From: Eutreptiella sp. 'Long Island Sound 2002'
Lineage: Eukaryota; Protista; Euglenida
Reading direction: 5' to 3'
Length of the DNA: 64,000 nt
NCBI GenBank assembly: GCA_964036045.1
Contig: OZ038378.1
Coordinates: 64,294,001 to 64,358,000, forward strand
Below the pieces are notes generated by a model that saw only the letters and a program-made list of their open reading frames with translations, was not told the DNA's origin and ran no database searches. The stretch's first letter is position 1, and every line of letters starts with the position of its first letter. This document shows positions 12,001 to 24,700 of the stretch, piece by piece. The translations under genes and the position numbers were made by a program.

Positions 12001-12340
12001 TATGCGGTTTTTAGGTGTTTTTGCCATGTCGGCGTTTTTGATGACATTGATGAATGTGTGGTACCCACTCCAAGGGTGCAAGTGGGAATGTTGTGACAGC
12101 ATATGCCTACTAGGATGCCAAAGGACGTGTTTTGTAGTCTGTAGCCTGCCTGGGGCCGTTAAAGACCTGCGTGTCATTTACATAGTTTGGGTATTGGGTG
12201 TGGGGGACACGGTCAACCTACTAGTTTTCTGGTCACTGGAGTGTGCATCGCTCGGGGTAGATTCTTTGCCTGGTGGACATGCCGTAGGCAATAGAACCAC
12301 CTCGCAGAGTTTCTTAGATCAAAGCCAGCCAGGTCCGCGT
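9097..12340 (+). repeat. Tandem array of ~660-710-bp repeat family A (about 5 diverged units)
   Basis: GGTGTGGGTCAAAAAT, GGAACTCCATAG, CATATGCCTACTAGGATGCCAAA and GGCAATAGAATCACCTCGCAGAG recur. Unit starts at about 9100, 9765, 10475, 11150 and 11838. Confidence 0.9.
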
Positions 12341-14464
12341 ATATGCAAAATGCCACTTCACAGTGGTAAATTTGCGGAAGATGTTCCCTCAACGCACTTG
12401 TTGCGTCCTCAGAATGTGCAATCAATGCGTCATCAATCAAACTATTCAAGAAATTGTTGGCAAGCAACGGGGTCTCAATCTCAAACTTACTAACAGTCCG
12501 CTAGGCCCACGGAGGGGCGGCGTTCATCCCCACTGTAAATCCTACCTTTGCAGGAAAATTCTTACACCTGGGTTTAGAAAACCTGTATGATGATGATTGA
12601 AATTCAACACCACCAGGCCCAATCAAGCTGAATTCACAAGAAACGTTGGGGAAAGAAAGGGCAATTGTTCAACTGTCTCATCACACTCCTCAAGAGCAAT
12701 TGGACAGAACACATCTTGTAAGAATATTCACAATCAGAAATACCCCCTTCATCTTGGCGCGCCAAGGTCCCGAGCCATGATTGCCACTTGGCAAACACAT
12801 TCACCAAGTGGTCTCAGGTGATTCCAGCGTACAATGAACTAAACTCAAACACCGAAAATGCCACAATGTGCACACCTCGGCCTTTTCGCATCTCAATATG
12901 TGTGTGTACCCTCGATAGCAGATCATGGGTATCACACACTGCCGATCAAAGCAAAACCTCAACTGTACATTCCTACAGAACCAATTTCCTCTTGAGCCAA
13001 CAAAGAGATGTTCTTTTGGTGACCATCCTGCAAGCGTGAGAGAAAAGAGAAAATTCATACACAGTCACAACTTAGAAAGCAACCTATGAACGACTCAAAT
13101 GCAAGGGTCATTTGGCATGAACCAAAATGCGCATGGCACACAAAAGTGCAACACATTATCACCCCGATGTAGCTTGCCATTTGCGTCATTGGCCAGGTCT
13201 AGGTCCTGGATTGAAAGTAATCATCTTTCCCCACTCAACCATCGTAATTCCACGTGCAGCTCTGTCCGCTGATAAAACTGCCAGCTCCTGACTTCCATGG
13301 GAAAGATTATGCATCCCACAAACCACGTCCTCTATGTTTCCCCCATATCACCCTTTGGTTCACTAAGGCACATTTCATCGCAGAGGGTGGCACTAGTCGG
13401 CGCAAGGGACAAATTCGACGACTACTATTTCACTAGTGCAAAAGCAAGAGGATCCAAAAGCAAGAGGAGGGGATTTCGTTGGATGGAATGTTGAGTGCGT
13501 CATGCGTTGAGCCATTTGTGAGGATTTACCCCTCACCCCCTTCACTACAACGTATGTTTCAACACGCCACCTCACAAGCTAAAGTTGCACGACACAAGTT
13601 TCCCTCATTGTCTCCATTGCTCTACCCCTACCTCCTATGTAGGTCACATTTAATGTTATGTTTGAATGGCAAGGTCACCCCCCCTAGACCCCTCTTGTCC
13701 CCAAACCCCCAAACTCCTCCCCCTCCTCCCCTTCTACGTCTAAGTCATCCAAATGCCAGAATGTTGCAATGTGAAAAAAGTTGCTGTGATGCAAAGGTGT
13801 GGGATGGTTCTTGTGGGATGCTAATTGCTATTACTATGCCGCCACCATGCTGCGAGGATAGGGATATTCAGAAAAATGTGCATGATGAATACAGTGCCTT
13901 TGATGATGAGGGTGTCATTCCAGAGGACGCTGAGTGTTCGACTCGTGCATCGGTTTCATCCTCAGCAACAACAACGACAACATCATCATCACCATCATCA
14001 GCCGCAACAACAGCAGCAGCACCGTCACCTTAAAACAGCTCATCCCTGGACTTGAGTTTTGAGTTTTGAGTTTTTTGCATTTGCTCAATTATGTCTCCTC
14101 TGCAACGATTTGTATGTGGGATGACATCCTTCAACTTTGCGCAACTTGGTGGCAAGCAAGACCGCCCTCCCCCCAACCTCTTCACACAGACCCTTGGATC
14201 CAAACCCTCCACCCTCATTGAAGCACAGCATAGGTCACATCTATCACTCCATTCTGCCGTGTACCAACCATCTAGCATGCTGTTCTGTTATATAAGTTGC
14301 TTTTCTCCACCCTCTAGCCCCTTGGTCCACGAACACAGCGCCTCTCCCAATCTGCACATGCCGGCCATCTCCATTTCTCCATCTTTGCCTTTCTCCTCGT
14401 CATATTTTGCTGAGCCATCAGACGGTGTTGATGTGCGTTTGTGTGTGCACGTGCATGATCGTCT

Positions 14465-14505
14465 CAACTCTCTCTCTCTCTCCCTCCCTCTCTCTCCCTC
14501 CCTCC

Positions 14506-14544
<39 letters not shown>

Positions 14545-14545
14545 T
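14465..14545. repeat. (CT)n(GT)n microsatellite upstream of a splice acceptor
   Basis: Directly visible. Confidence 0.9.
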
Positions 14546-14585
14546 TGGTCACCCGCTTTCCCCGCCCTCTTTCTCTCGCTTCTAG

Positions 14586-14906
14586 TTGTTGCGTTCTGCA
14601 AGAGTTCAGGGTATTGCCGAATGAGGAACAGAATGATGTGATTCAAGCAGTCTGGTCTCCGAATGTAGTTCTGGTGAATCGGCGGCAGAATATATACCAA
14701 CTGAAGGACCCGAAAATTCCATTATTTAACAAGGCAGCCACTTTTGATGGCAAGCCGCACCTTTCCAGGCCTGTCTATTGCACCCCGAAGCTGCACAAAA
14801 TGGTGGAATCCTGTTGCGAAGAGGTTGTGGCTCATTTCCATGGTGCGGACACCCGCAGTGTACTGAGCCGTATGGTACTTCACCTCAAAGTGGACCAAAA
14901 AAGCAA
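14586..14906 (+). CDS. Internal exon of a host gene, domain of unknown function (CCVLQEF..NDVIQAVWSP..ATFDG..SRMVLHLKVD)
   Basis: Preceded by a polypyrimidine tract and TCTAG (14581-14585), and ends at AA|GTATCT. The translation is globular and protein-like. Confidence 0.7.
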
Positions 14907-15366
14907 GTATCTGTTACCCTGTCTCACACGATCAAAGTTTGCAGCAATACTGCACTTGTTGCCTGTTGCCTGCCGCCGGAGCTGTGCAGGCTGTGCTGGC
15001 TGCTGTCGGTGCCACAATTCGACAGGAATGCGCGCTGATCATGGTGTTACCTTGGACTGTTATGATAAATTTGGCAGGGTTCAGCGGCGCAGGTCACAGC
15101 GGCAGAATGGGATTGTGATTTGGGAGGTTCATGTTTAGGAGCTAAAGCCTCAAGTCAGGAGTAGCGTTCGCACTGAGCTGGTGGTTGAAATTCGGATCAA
15201 TGGTATGCCCAGAGATTGAAACTCAGAAGCGGTCAGCATTTTGACAACCAGGCTTGTGAGCTTGCACCCAAAGTCGCAAGCACACTAACGGGACAGCACG
15301 TTTCCTGCAGATGGGTGCCATGGCTGAGGTGGTTGATGCAGTTTCATCCATTGCGGTTATCTTCAG

Positions 15367-15508
15367 GGTCTGGCTTTTGAACTGTGCATCGTCTCGTGTG
15401 GTCCCGGTTTCACAAAAGGGGCTGTCCGGATGCCCGAGCATGGCTTTGGACTTGAATTATCCCCTGCTACATAACGACGAGCAGCCCCATACCTCAACGT
15501 CTGAAGAG
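15367..15508 (+). CDS. Next exon of the same host gene (K-VWLLNCASSRV...)
   Basis: TTATCTTCAG|G acceptor. Splicing 14906 to 15367 keeps frame (AA|G GTC TGG = K V W). Candidate donor GAG|GTGTGC at 15509. Confidence 0.6.
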
Positions 15509-15550
15509 GTGTGCTTCGGTGCTTGTACTCTCCGTGTCCTTCTCCTTCAG

Positions 15551-15805
15551 AATATGGAGCAGAGTTTTGGATTGGCTCCCAACACGCACTCCAAAAAAGC
15601 CTCTGCAGGAGCGCCGTATCTTTTCCCCGAAAGCACCCTGCATTGGCCTTCCAATGAGTCGTCGTCATGTGTGGGGGGCTCGCTGTCGCAGTCAAGTGCA
15701 ACAGCTGCCCCGAAGACTATTTCAGGGTCTGCCCACAGTGGGGCTGGCCGCAGCAGACGGATGATTGGGCGCCCTTTCAGCAGACCAGCCTTAGAATGGG
15801 GATGA
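15551..15805 (+). CDS. Possible further/terminal exon of the host gene (Ser/Pro-rich)
   Basis: Follows a pyrimidine-rich 42-nt GT..CAG segment (15509-15550) and is open to TGA at 15805. The frame is not independently confirmed. Confidence 0.35.
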   Translation, partial: NMEQSFGLAPNTHSKKASAGAPYLFPESTLHWPSNESSSCVGGSLSQSSATAAPKTISGSAHSGAGRSRRMIGRPFSRPALEWG

Positions 15806-16239
15806 GACTGTGATGACAGAGAGCACGAAGTAACAAGAGAACTTGGCCAGTCCTGGTGGGCGGAAACTTAAACGTCTGGTTAGAGTCCCCCGGTTACTTG
15901 ACCACCCGGCGGTTCTTGACCTTGTGGGAGCAATGTGGCCTCGTACAGGCAGGCCATCTAGGGGAAGTCGATGGCCAGGCGAAGCGCGAGGCCCGCAAAC
16001 CAGACTCCTTCCTCTTGAGTTCCCCTTTGGTCCCATGGGCCATTCAGGAGAGCCCGCACTTGGTGCCTGGGCAGTCTGCTGGGCTCCGACCACGTGCCAG
16101 TCTTCTTGTGCATCCTGCTAGCGATGGAAGTCAAAGACAGGGTCACCAAGCAGGCCTACTCCCACACCTAGGGTTGGCTCCATGATATTTCACCCGACTC
16201 CGAGGGAGTGCGGGGTGTGGGGCGCATCAAAGCCTGGCC

Positions 16240-17245
16240 CATACACACGACCACCAAAACCCGTATTTGCTACAAAAACTTTTGTCCCACTCCGCTCTAC
16301 ACAAATACTATGGAGTTCCGACCTGAAAAAGCTATTTTGGCTCCAAATAGGAAAATACCAAAAGATTCATGATTTTTGACCCCTTCAAAAGCCGGGGTTG
16401 TTTTTTTCAACATTCTTGAACCACAATCCCTGGAAAATAGGGTGGTATCAAGTGAAGGGCGTGGGTGGGTTGGGGGGCCCAAACCAAATAGTCATTAGGG
16501 GATGTGTTTATTGGACAAAACAATGATTTCACAAGGGGTTAAACACTCACTTCAAGCCTTTATGGTAGGGTACGCGAATACACCCAAAGACGGGGGTATG
16601 TGGCGTTTTCCCCTATGAGTAGGCCCGCCTCTCTTTAATCTAAGGACCCCTCCAAGGTGATTCTAATGCCTCCGGCACGTCCACGAGGCAAATAATCTAC
16701 CCTGAGCGATGCAGACGCGAGTGACCAGAAAACCAGTAGGTGGACCCTTTCCCGAACACCCAATACCCAAACCATGTAAACAGCACCCTACCATAAGTAT
16801 TCGCCTACCCTACCATAAGGGGTTGAAGTGAGTGTTGAACCCCTTGTAAAATCATTATTCTATCCCATAAACGCATCCACCAATGACTAGTTGATTTGGA
16901 CCCCCAAACCCACCCAGCCCCTCCACTTGAAACCCCCCTTTTTTGACGGGGTTGTGGGTCCAAAATGTCGAAAAAAACAACGCCTGCGTTTTTGGGTGTC
17001 GAAAATCATGAATCTTTAGGTTGATTCCTATACTGAGCCCAAATAGTTTTTTTCAGGTCGTAACCCCACAGGATTTGTGTAGAGCGGAGTGGGACAAGCG
17101 TTTTTTTGTATATGCGGTTTTTAGGCGCTTTTGCTACGTCGGCATTTTTGGCGACCTTAGTGATCCCGTGGTACCCATTCTAACGGTGCAAGTGGAGATG
17201 ATGTGACAGCACATGTCTACCAGGATGCCAAAGGACGTGTTTTGA
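16240..17245. repeat. Two partial family-A units in inverted orientation (minus ~16240-16790, plus ~16810-17245)
   Basis: CTATGGAGTTCCGACC and GATTCATGATTTT are reverse complements of family-A motifs; forward motifs resume after ~16810. Confidence 0.85.
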
Positions 17246-17284
17246 CCAGCCAAAACTAAGAGGGTGGCTTGGGCCCTCAAAGGA

Positions 17285-17570
17285 CGAGTCGTCCAGGGGG
17301 TAAATCGTCACACACTAATTATTGGACCCCCCTACCCCCCTCCAATAATTAGCGTGTGGCCCCTAGAGGCCTCCCATGGGGGTAAATGGTCGTGCGCTAA
17401 TTATTGGACCCTCCCTATCCCACCCTCCAATCATGAGAACGTGGCTGATAGAGGCCCCTTACCCCCCCTCCAATAATTAGCACGTGCCCCGTAGAGGCCT
17501 CCCAAGGGGGCAAATGGCCATGCGCTAATTGTTGAACCCCCCCCCCCCTATCCCCCTCCAATAATTCGCT
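17285..17570. repeat. Short tandem units, each with a CTAATTATTGGA / TCCAATAATTAG hairpin around a C-rich loop
   Basis: Perfect 12-bp arms at 17315-17352; degenerate copies at about 17397, 17470 and 17525. Confidence 0.75.
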
Positions 17571-20500
17571 TATTTCGAAAAGGATTTTATTGCGCGGGGG
17601 TAATGCATTTTTGCACCCTGCCTTTTGGTCCCAGGTTGTCAGGATGTTGCCGCATCATTCTGCCTTCCTCTCTGTGGCAGGTCCTTGAGCAGCAGGGCAT
17701 GTTGCTCGATCAACTCCTTCAGGAATCGTATGGCATGGTGGATTCTTGTTTCCCATCCTGCGGTCAATGGGCCATTCGGCAACAAGCTGCGGCAGACAGT
17801 CGGGGCATCCCTGGGACGCCCCCAGCATCCCCCAATCCAGGTCTGATCTGCAGCAGAAGCAAATTTGGTTGTCGTTGCTTCCGTTTGTGCCAAATTTGGA
17901 GAAGCCGTGCACAACGATACACGGTGACAGGGGGTCACATAGAGGGCATATGTCCGGATGCGGCCTTGACACTTCCCCGCGTTTTTCAGCGTTATGAGCC
18001 ACTCACGATGTGTTCAAAGGCATTGCCCACAACCCATCAGCAGTGAGGTTAATGTGTTCCACGGGTACATGCCGCCATGGAATGGACTCACTGTAGCCTA
18101 ATCTTATCTGGACAAACCCCTGAAAAATTGATTCAAACGAACTAATTCTGCAGCTTCAGAAGGTGTCCCTTTGAAATCGGGGGCTTCTGTGGCACGTTAG
18201 CGGCAGCGACAGTTCGGGTGGAAAATTTGTATGCGCCCATGGCAAGTAACATAACGGGGCAGTAAGCAAACAATGTACTTTCCAACAAGAACGAGAATAT
18301 GTACCATCTCTATCAAGACTAAGGATCAGGGGGGTACCCCCTGAGCTGCAGTCCTTTACCCCTGCCGCCACCACCCCGCCCCCAAAATGCCCACAACCCA
18401 CAAAGCCGAGGAGGCATGGTCCGTATGTGATGCCTTTGTGCCAGCCTCACTGGGCCGAAGAGGGAAAGGAATGGGTGGGGCGCGAGTGTGTGGCAACAGA
18501 CGGACGTTCTGCGGTGCAAAATTCCAGACAACAGTCCAGGAGAATGCAGGAAAACTGGCAAACGTGCAGACCTGCGCATATGCTAAAATGTGTTGCTCAC
18601 CCTGGACCCTAAGAAGGGATGTAAAACCTCGACAGGGTAAACCCAGCTCGGTAATGAAGACTTGCGACTAGGACTGAGCTGGGTCCTAGTCTTGCCAAAT
18701 GCATAGCCAATCAACGTGGAAGACAAACGGCTTGCATTGGATATGGTCCTGCACGTTTAGGACAATCATCCTGGAAAATGGCTCCAAAAATGTGTGGCGC
18801 GGGCTCGGCCATACAGGATCAAGGGGGCTACACGAGTGGCAACGCTTCAGAGGATGCCAGCACTGCGGCCCGCGTGCGCTCCTCGTTGGGTTGCATCCCA
18901 CTAGGATCCTCCATTTTTAGGTCCAGGAAGTCCGAAGACTCCGTACCTGAAGCTCACGCCCGCTCGCAGCCACCCAGAGACTGCGTCGCCACGTTCCCCA
19001 ATGTCTCCGGCTTCCCCATATTCACCAGCGGCCGTGGGGGGCATGCAGAAGGAAGGGGCGGTTTTGGTTGCTTGTTTGAAGGACCTTCTGAAGCCCAAAC
19101 ACCGGAGGGGCTTGAGGCACAACGGCCCCCACTGCCCCTCTGACCAAGGTGTGACACAACCATGCTTCATGCTTCTGTGGTGTGAAGGGCTGGTAGCACT
19201 GGTAGCGCCATAAGGAGTTGTCTTTGGGACGCCTCTTAAGTCCAGTTGACTGAGTTGGTTTGAACCATTGGATCGCATTGCATCGGATTGTTCACCGCTG
19301 CATCGTTGGGTCGGCCTCGGGAAACTGATGCTGGCGTTCTGGACCAAACCATTTGGAAGGATATCAGGGACCTCCATTCAGCCATTTCACTTTTTGGGAA
19401 GGGAAGGAATCTCAGGCCTCTTTGGCAACATCAAAGGGTGCGCGTGCGCACCGCTGCAGTAAACCTCCACAACCCACAAAAATCCCCCGTCATGGTGGTG
19501 TCCCAATTTTTGTCAAAATATCTTCCACGGACAATTGTGCCGCAAACTCGCGTCCGAGTTCTTGGTTTTTGCCTCCAAGGCTCTGAGTCCACTGCTGCTG
19601 GGCTGTGCAAATCGGTCCTGGAAACTCGGTACACAGGGTGCGTTGGAACGACTGCTCCTAATGTTCGGTGGACGTTACTCAACTGTTTGCGGGTGCAGTG
19701 CCGTGATTACCTGAAAGGATTTTAAATTCAGGTGTGACCATGGCCTTGCCTCCCTTGTGTGCCAACAGTGTATTAACCCAAGGGGGTGGATGGGTTGGCG
19801 CATTTGGCACCGGGGGTGCAAGACAGGGGTTGACGCATGCCTCTGAACCGGGACCCAAATCAACTGCACCACAGGTTAGGATTCGAACCCTGCCATTGAG
19901 CGCAGGGAGGGCGTTTCCCCACCGGGCAAACTGTCCATTGCTCTTGATGCCCGCACCTGTGCTGTGACATACTGAGGGGCTGGGGTGATAGGCAATCTGC
20001 TGTGCATTCTGCACTACTCAAATTTCCTGTCAAACCTCTTGTGCAGTATGAACGGTCCACTGAATGAAAGCGTGGCAGCCCAAGCTCTTGGGCCCTGCCA
20101 CATGGGGATGCGTGTGTGCAGGGCACGCGCGCTGGTCTGGAACCCTTCAGTGGATCACAAAGAGGCCTCCAACACAAAGCATGCATTAGACAACGCTTCG
20201 TCAGACACTGCCAGCTGACGGTTTACAAACAACAAAATTGACGAGCCTCGCCCGCAAACAGTTGCACACTGGACACCCAAGAATTCAAGTTTCCCTGTTT
20301 CGGGTCGCAGTGCACCAGCCAACAGTTGAGTAGTGGCTGCTATCGTGGACTGCCCTGTAGTCTGCATGGCACTGTTTGTGGGCCCTCGAAGCAGGGTTAT
20401 TTTGGAGAACCCGAGCGAACGCCGCCAAGCTAACTTGCTTGCGCGGGTCCCCACCGCAACCTTGTATGGAGGCCTCACAAACAGTGCCATGTGGGTTACA

Positions 20501-20813
20501 GGCTATGGTGCCGTACTTTGGGGTGTGTGGCGCATTCGGTGTAAGGGGAGGGGGGAGGTTTGGCACATTGTGAGCACAGAAGGGGCAGGGGGGCTTTTGG
20601 TGCACACTAGGGTTTCTCACTGATTCGTACATGAATAACGACGAATAACGACAAACAGCGGCCAATGACAGCAGAAGCATGTGTTCCGAACAACGACAAA
20701 TAACGACGAACAATGACGATTCAAACTATCACACAACTCAGCGAGGTTTAGCCATAACTCACGTTTTGCGGTCACTCTTGGTGCTCCCCCGCCCCCCCCT
20801 TTTTCTCCGAGTT

Positions 20814-21166
20814 ATGACACCGCAGCACGCCATTCAGCCTAACGATGCCCCTGTGGCCAAGCCTGCAGCAAAAGCACGCAAACGTGGCCGGCACGTGACC
20901 GTGCTGAAGCGTGCTGCAGAGTACCTAGATGACATGGAGGCTGGTGATGAGAAGATGATGTGCAAGCATTGTGGAATTCTAGTTCAATAACCAGTGAAGA
21001 GGTTTGTTGTGAATCACGTGAAGTCGCAAATGCACAAACGGAGAAAGAAGGGGTGTTTTGCGACAAATTTGAAATCAGGGCCGGTAGCAAACCTGAAATC
21101 AGACCTAGGGAAGTCGGAGGCATCACCTTCTGTAGGTTGCCATAACGTTGTTTTGCAATGGTGACG
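20814..21166 (+). pseudogene. CGGBP1/BED-like zinc-finger pseudogene (transposon-derived)
   Basis: KRAAEYLDDMEAGDEKMMCKHCGILVQ*PVKRFVVNHVKSQMHKRRK: CxxC...H-x-KS-xx-H with one in-frame TAA at 20988-20990. Confidence 0.55.
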
Positions 21167-21464
21167 TCGAGCAGAGGTTCTCCATGGAGTGAGTGACACA
21201 TTCTGTTGCATCTTCCATGAACAAGAAACCACAAGTTGTCACGCCAATCAATAATTCCACGTTGTTTGGTGTGGCTGCTTTGCCCCATAGTTCCATGTTT
21301 TTGTTGTCTTTTGGTTGTACACATGGCACGGTGTTGCTAGCATTGGACTATGTGTATGTTGTAATATGTGTAATTTTTTTTGGAGTAAATGCGTGTAACA
21401 AAAAAAAATGTCACATCTTGGAATTCTTTTTGTTGTTGTTTTTTTGTTGCATGCTTTGACTTTT

Positions 21465-21560
21465 TTTTTACACGCAACTACCGCAAGAAAAATTACACGA
21501 CTTGATAATTTCTTGGACGCTTTTTTACCGCAAAAAAATTACACGATTTTACCGCAAACT
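21465..21560 (+). repeat. TACCGCAAAAAAATTACACGA direct repeats (likely transposon subterminal repeats)
   Basis: About three copies here; the same motif cluster occurs at 50245-50310. Confidence 0.7.
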
Positions 21561-21732
21561 AATACACAATTTGACTAAAAACAACAAAATGCATGCATAT
21601 AGCACATCTGCCCCCTTGTGGGCCTTTTCTGATTTTGTCCCCCGCTTTGAAGTGTTGAGAGCCCCCGTGACAGCAAAGGTTATATAGCTACCAGGCCCAC
21701 ATATGGGCCTTTTCTGATTTTGTCCCCCGTTA

Positions 21733-24700
21733 CACAAGTTGGTATAACAAGGTACAACTGGTATACAACTCCTAGCATGCCACAATGTACCGCCTGCTGA
21801 GCGCGAGCTTCCATTCAGAAGCAATAGATTGCCAACGGGCAATTCAATTTCAAAAGGGTTTATTTTCAACAAGACGGAGATCAAAATCACTAAGCATGGG
21901 GTGCACCGCAAGAAGGTGTACGTGAGAGGCACCCCCTTCTAGCGCACTTTTTGCATGTCCACCAAAGTCTCACCACCAGGTGTGGATGGAAAAAGGATCG
22001 GGGTCAATCAATACAAGGTTACACCCCTCTTCGTGGTTTATGTTCACTCTTGCTTGAAGTGGTCCATTCCCCCGGATTTTCCACACACACACCTCTCTTG
22101 TTGGAAGGAGGGTTCTAGCATCTCGTCTGCACGGTTTGTGCACTCTTCGTCCACCTTTTTTGCACCATCCATTCGACTCTAGAACCCCCTACACCCTTTT
22201 TGCACACCCTTTGTGCGATGGAACCCCGTTTCTGCAGCCTTTCTGCGGCGGAGGGGGGGGTTCAAATCTCGTTTCTCAAGCGTACATGTGGTGCCTTGTT
22301 CAATTTGGGCCCCCAGCCCGCCTTTCCACGCCCGCGGAGAGGGGGAGGGGCCCCCTCCGCACAAGTAACCGGCCATATCCAACCCCCTATGATAGGGAAC
22401 ACTCTAACGTCGAGATTTCGGTCTTATCACCCTTGCCCTCAAAATGACCGCCTCGATGAGAAATCTAAGACAATCACCTTTCGTTTGCTCCATTCATGCC
22501 GCTTTTGACGAGTTAGCAAGGTTTTAAGCTGCTTTTCAACCAATCTCCATGAAAATGGTGCTGAAGTGTGCACACGTTGCTACGCGCTGATTTGACCAAT
22601 GCTATGGCCCCTTAAAATGACCGCCTCACAACGAAACGTTAGGAAATAAACTTTGTTTGCTAAATTTGGTGCTGTTTTGCGGATTTAGGGCCATTTTTAT
22701 GGTTTTTGGAGCAGCTTTTGGCTGTTGTTTGACCGTTTTGGGAATTACCCACATGGATACATTGACACAAAATGACAATCTCCCGGCTACTAAGGACATC
22801 AAACACGGCTTGCTAGGCTTGGTTGATGAGGGGTGTGCTCCTCATCAACCAAGCCTGGCATGTGGCCGAACGGCCACATGAGTTTTTTGCATGTTTTTGC
22901 GCGCATTTTTTGGTGGCATTTCACATGATGCATTTACATCGTCAACAGCATGCTTTACGAGGATGCTATTTGTTGTAGTCTCGCACACTCTAGACCACCG
23001 CCTTCATCCCCTTGTTCTTCTTTCCTTTGTGGCCTCGCCAAGGAAAAGGCTTTTACCGGGCCGCTCGGTGTCGCAACCCCAAGTGTCTCAATGTTCCGAA
23101 TATGCGTGAGACCGCATCATGAAAGGCCCAGCAGGCGAACGCACCACCCACGCATGTTGTTTTTGACAACAAGTTTAAAAGGCTTGTGCCTCTTTTCGGC
23201 AGGCATCCTGCCGAACACTCTGATTGGCAGGCATCGTGCCGAACACATAAAGGTTACAATATTTTTGGAACACCACTCAACAATGAGCCAATGCTAAGTG
23301 GACCCATGCATGGGGTTAACTTGCAACCCAATTTGAGCAATGCTTCAAAAATTTTTTGCGGCGGTGAGCCTTGGCCCCTTGCACTTGACCATTTGTCAAT
23401 GGCATCGTTTACTTTCACAAGGGGTAAAGGCTATGCATATTGCGCAACAACACTTCAATAACTGTCCACAAAATGACACCGGCGAACATGGCTTTTAGAA
23501 AATGGTTCTTGAGGCCATTCAAAATCCGAACATGGGCTTGAGGTCAGTCAAGAGCAACGTGGAGGTGCTGATATCAAACCTCCTTGCTTTAGTAGTCCTT
23601 TGGAAAAGCCTGTCGGGAGGAGCCACATGCTTTACATCCGCTAGAAGGGTACACCAAAAATGGGGGAAATCACCGGCGATTGGCCACACTCCAACAACAC
23701 CCAACGTCAAGTTGGCAACACCTTCTGCTAGGCGCATGTTGAAAACATTGGTTAGCCTACAACCTGCGTGTGCAAAATCCCCAAAGAGAATGCACAAACT
23801 TCTAAGAAACGGCCCCCACTAAATTTTGTTCACCGTGTCCTTTATCGCAACCAAGCCACATCCATTAGGGCAACCCCATCCAGAATTTCCCCCCACCGTT
23901 CATCACCGGCATTAGTTTCCAATCCCCCATCACTTTACATTGAAAATTTTTGGGCTGTTTATTCACGCGGAAAGATCAATTTTCTTGAATATGGATGGTT
24001 TGGGCATTTAGGGCCGTATCCTCATCTAAGGCCTGCAGCCATGCAGCGTCACCAAGGCCGTCCATACACACCCACATCACCCATTTATGGATGTCCCCAG
24101 CAGCAGAAAGCGCTGACGCTTAGCAATTTACAAAAACATCCATCTTAGTGACGGATGTGTGCCTCAATGCCGTTGCATTGGGGCATATTAATCCGTAAAT
24201 CTTCTCAGTTTCCATTTGAAGTTCCGCTAGGGTGTCAGCTATCTTAAGCTCCGTGAAAATGAGGTCTCTAATGTTGTTGTCGCTGCACATCGCCGCTGGA
24301 TCATGTTGGAGCCATTCATTGTGTAGGTTGTGATGGACTATGGTGTGAACCTTTTGCGTGCTTCTGCAAGATCACCACAGGTGCATCCCCGCAAAAGGGC
24401 CAATATATGGCATATGGACTACTTTAATCTACGAACCGGTGGCCCCAAGTGCAATTGCGCCCACTACATGAGGGTCCTCATCGTCGCAATGCCCGGGGAA
24501 ACGGATGAAACAAACCCCCACCACCCTCAACGACAACTACTACTGAATCCACTATAAGTTCCCGCATGATGGTCTCTATGTGGTGCTCCCGTTGCGCCCA
24601 TGCCTTCGGCTTGAAGGCGGTGTATGACTTGAGCAGTGGGATATTGCCCAAAAGTGCGGAGATGGCCTTTACAATGGTTTCTTTGACAAATCGGACAATT

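Noticed and set aside
13825-14055. Poly-Gln/His or poly-Thr/Ser ORF end as an upstream exon of the host gene
   Set aside because: The frame is ambiguous, both frames hit stops, and there is no convincing donor site linking to the 14586 exon.
19860-19900. GGATTCGAACCC tRNA T-loop-like motif on the minus strand
   Set aside because: No matching A box or cloverleaf arms could be built.
17603-20623. Several 100-160-codon ORFs between 17.6 and 20.6 kb
   Set aside because: No motifs, inconsistent strands and no clear splice pattern; probably old decayed elements, but not assignable.
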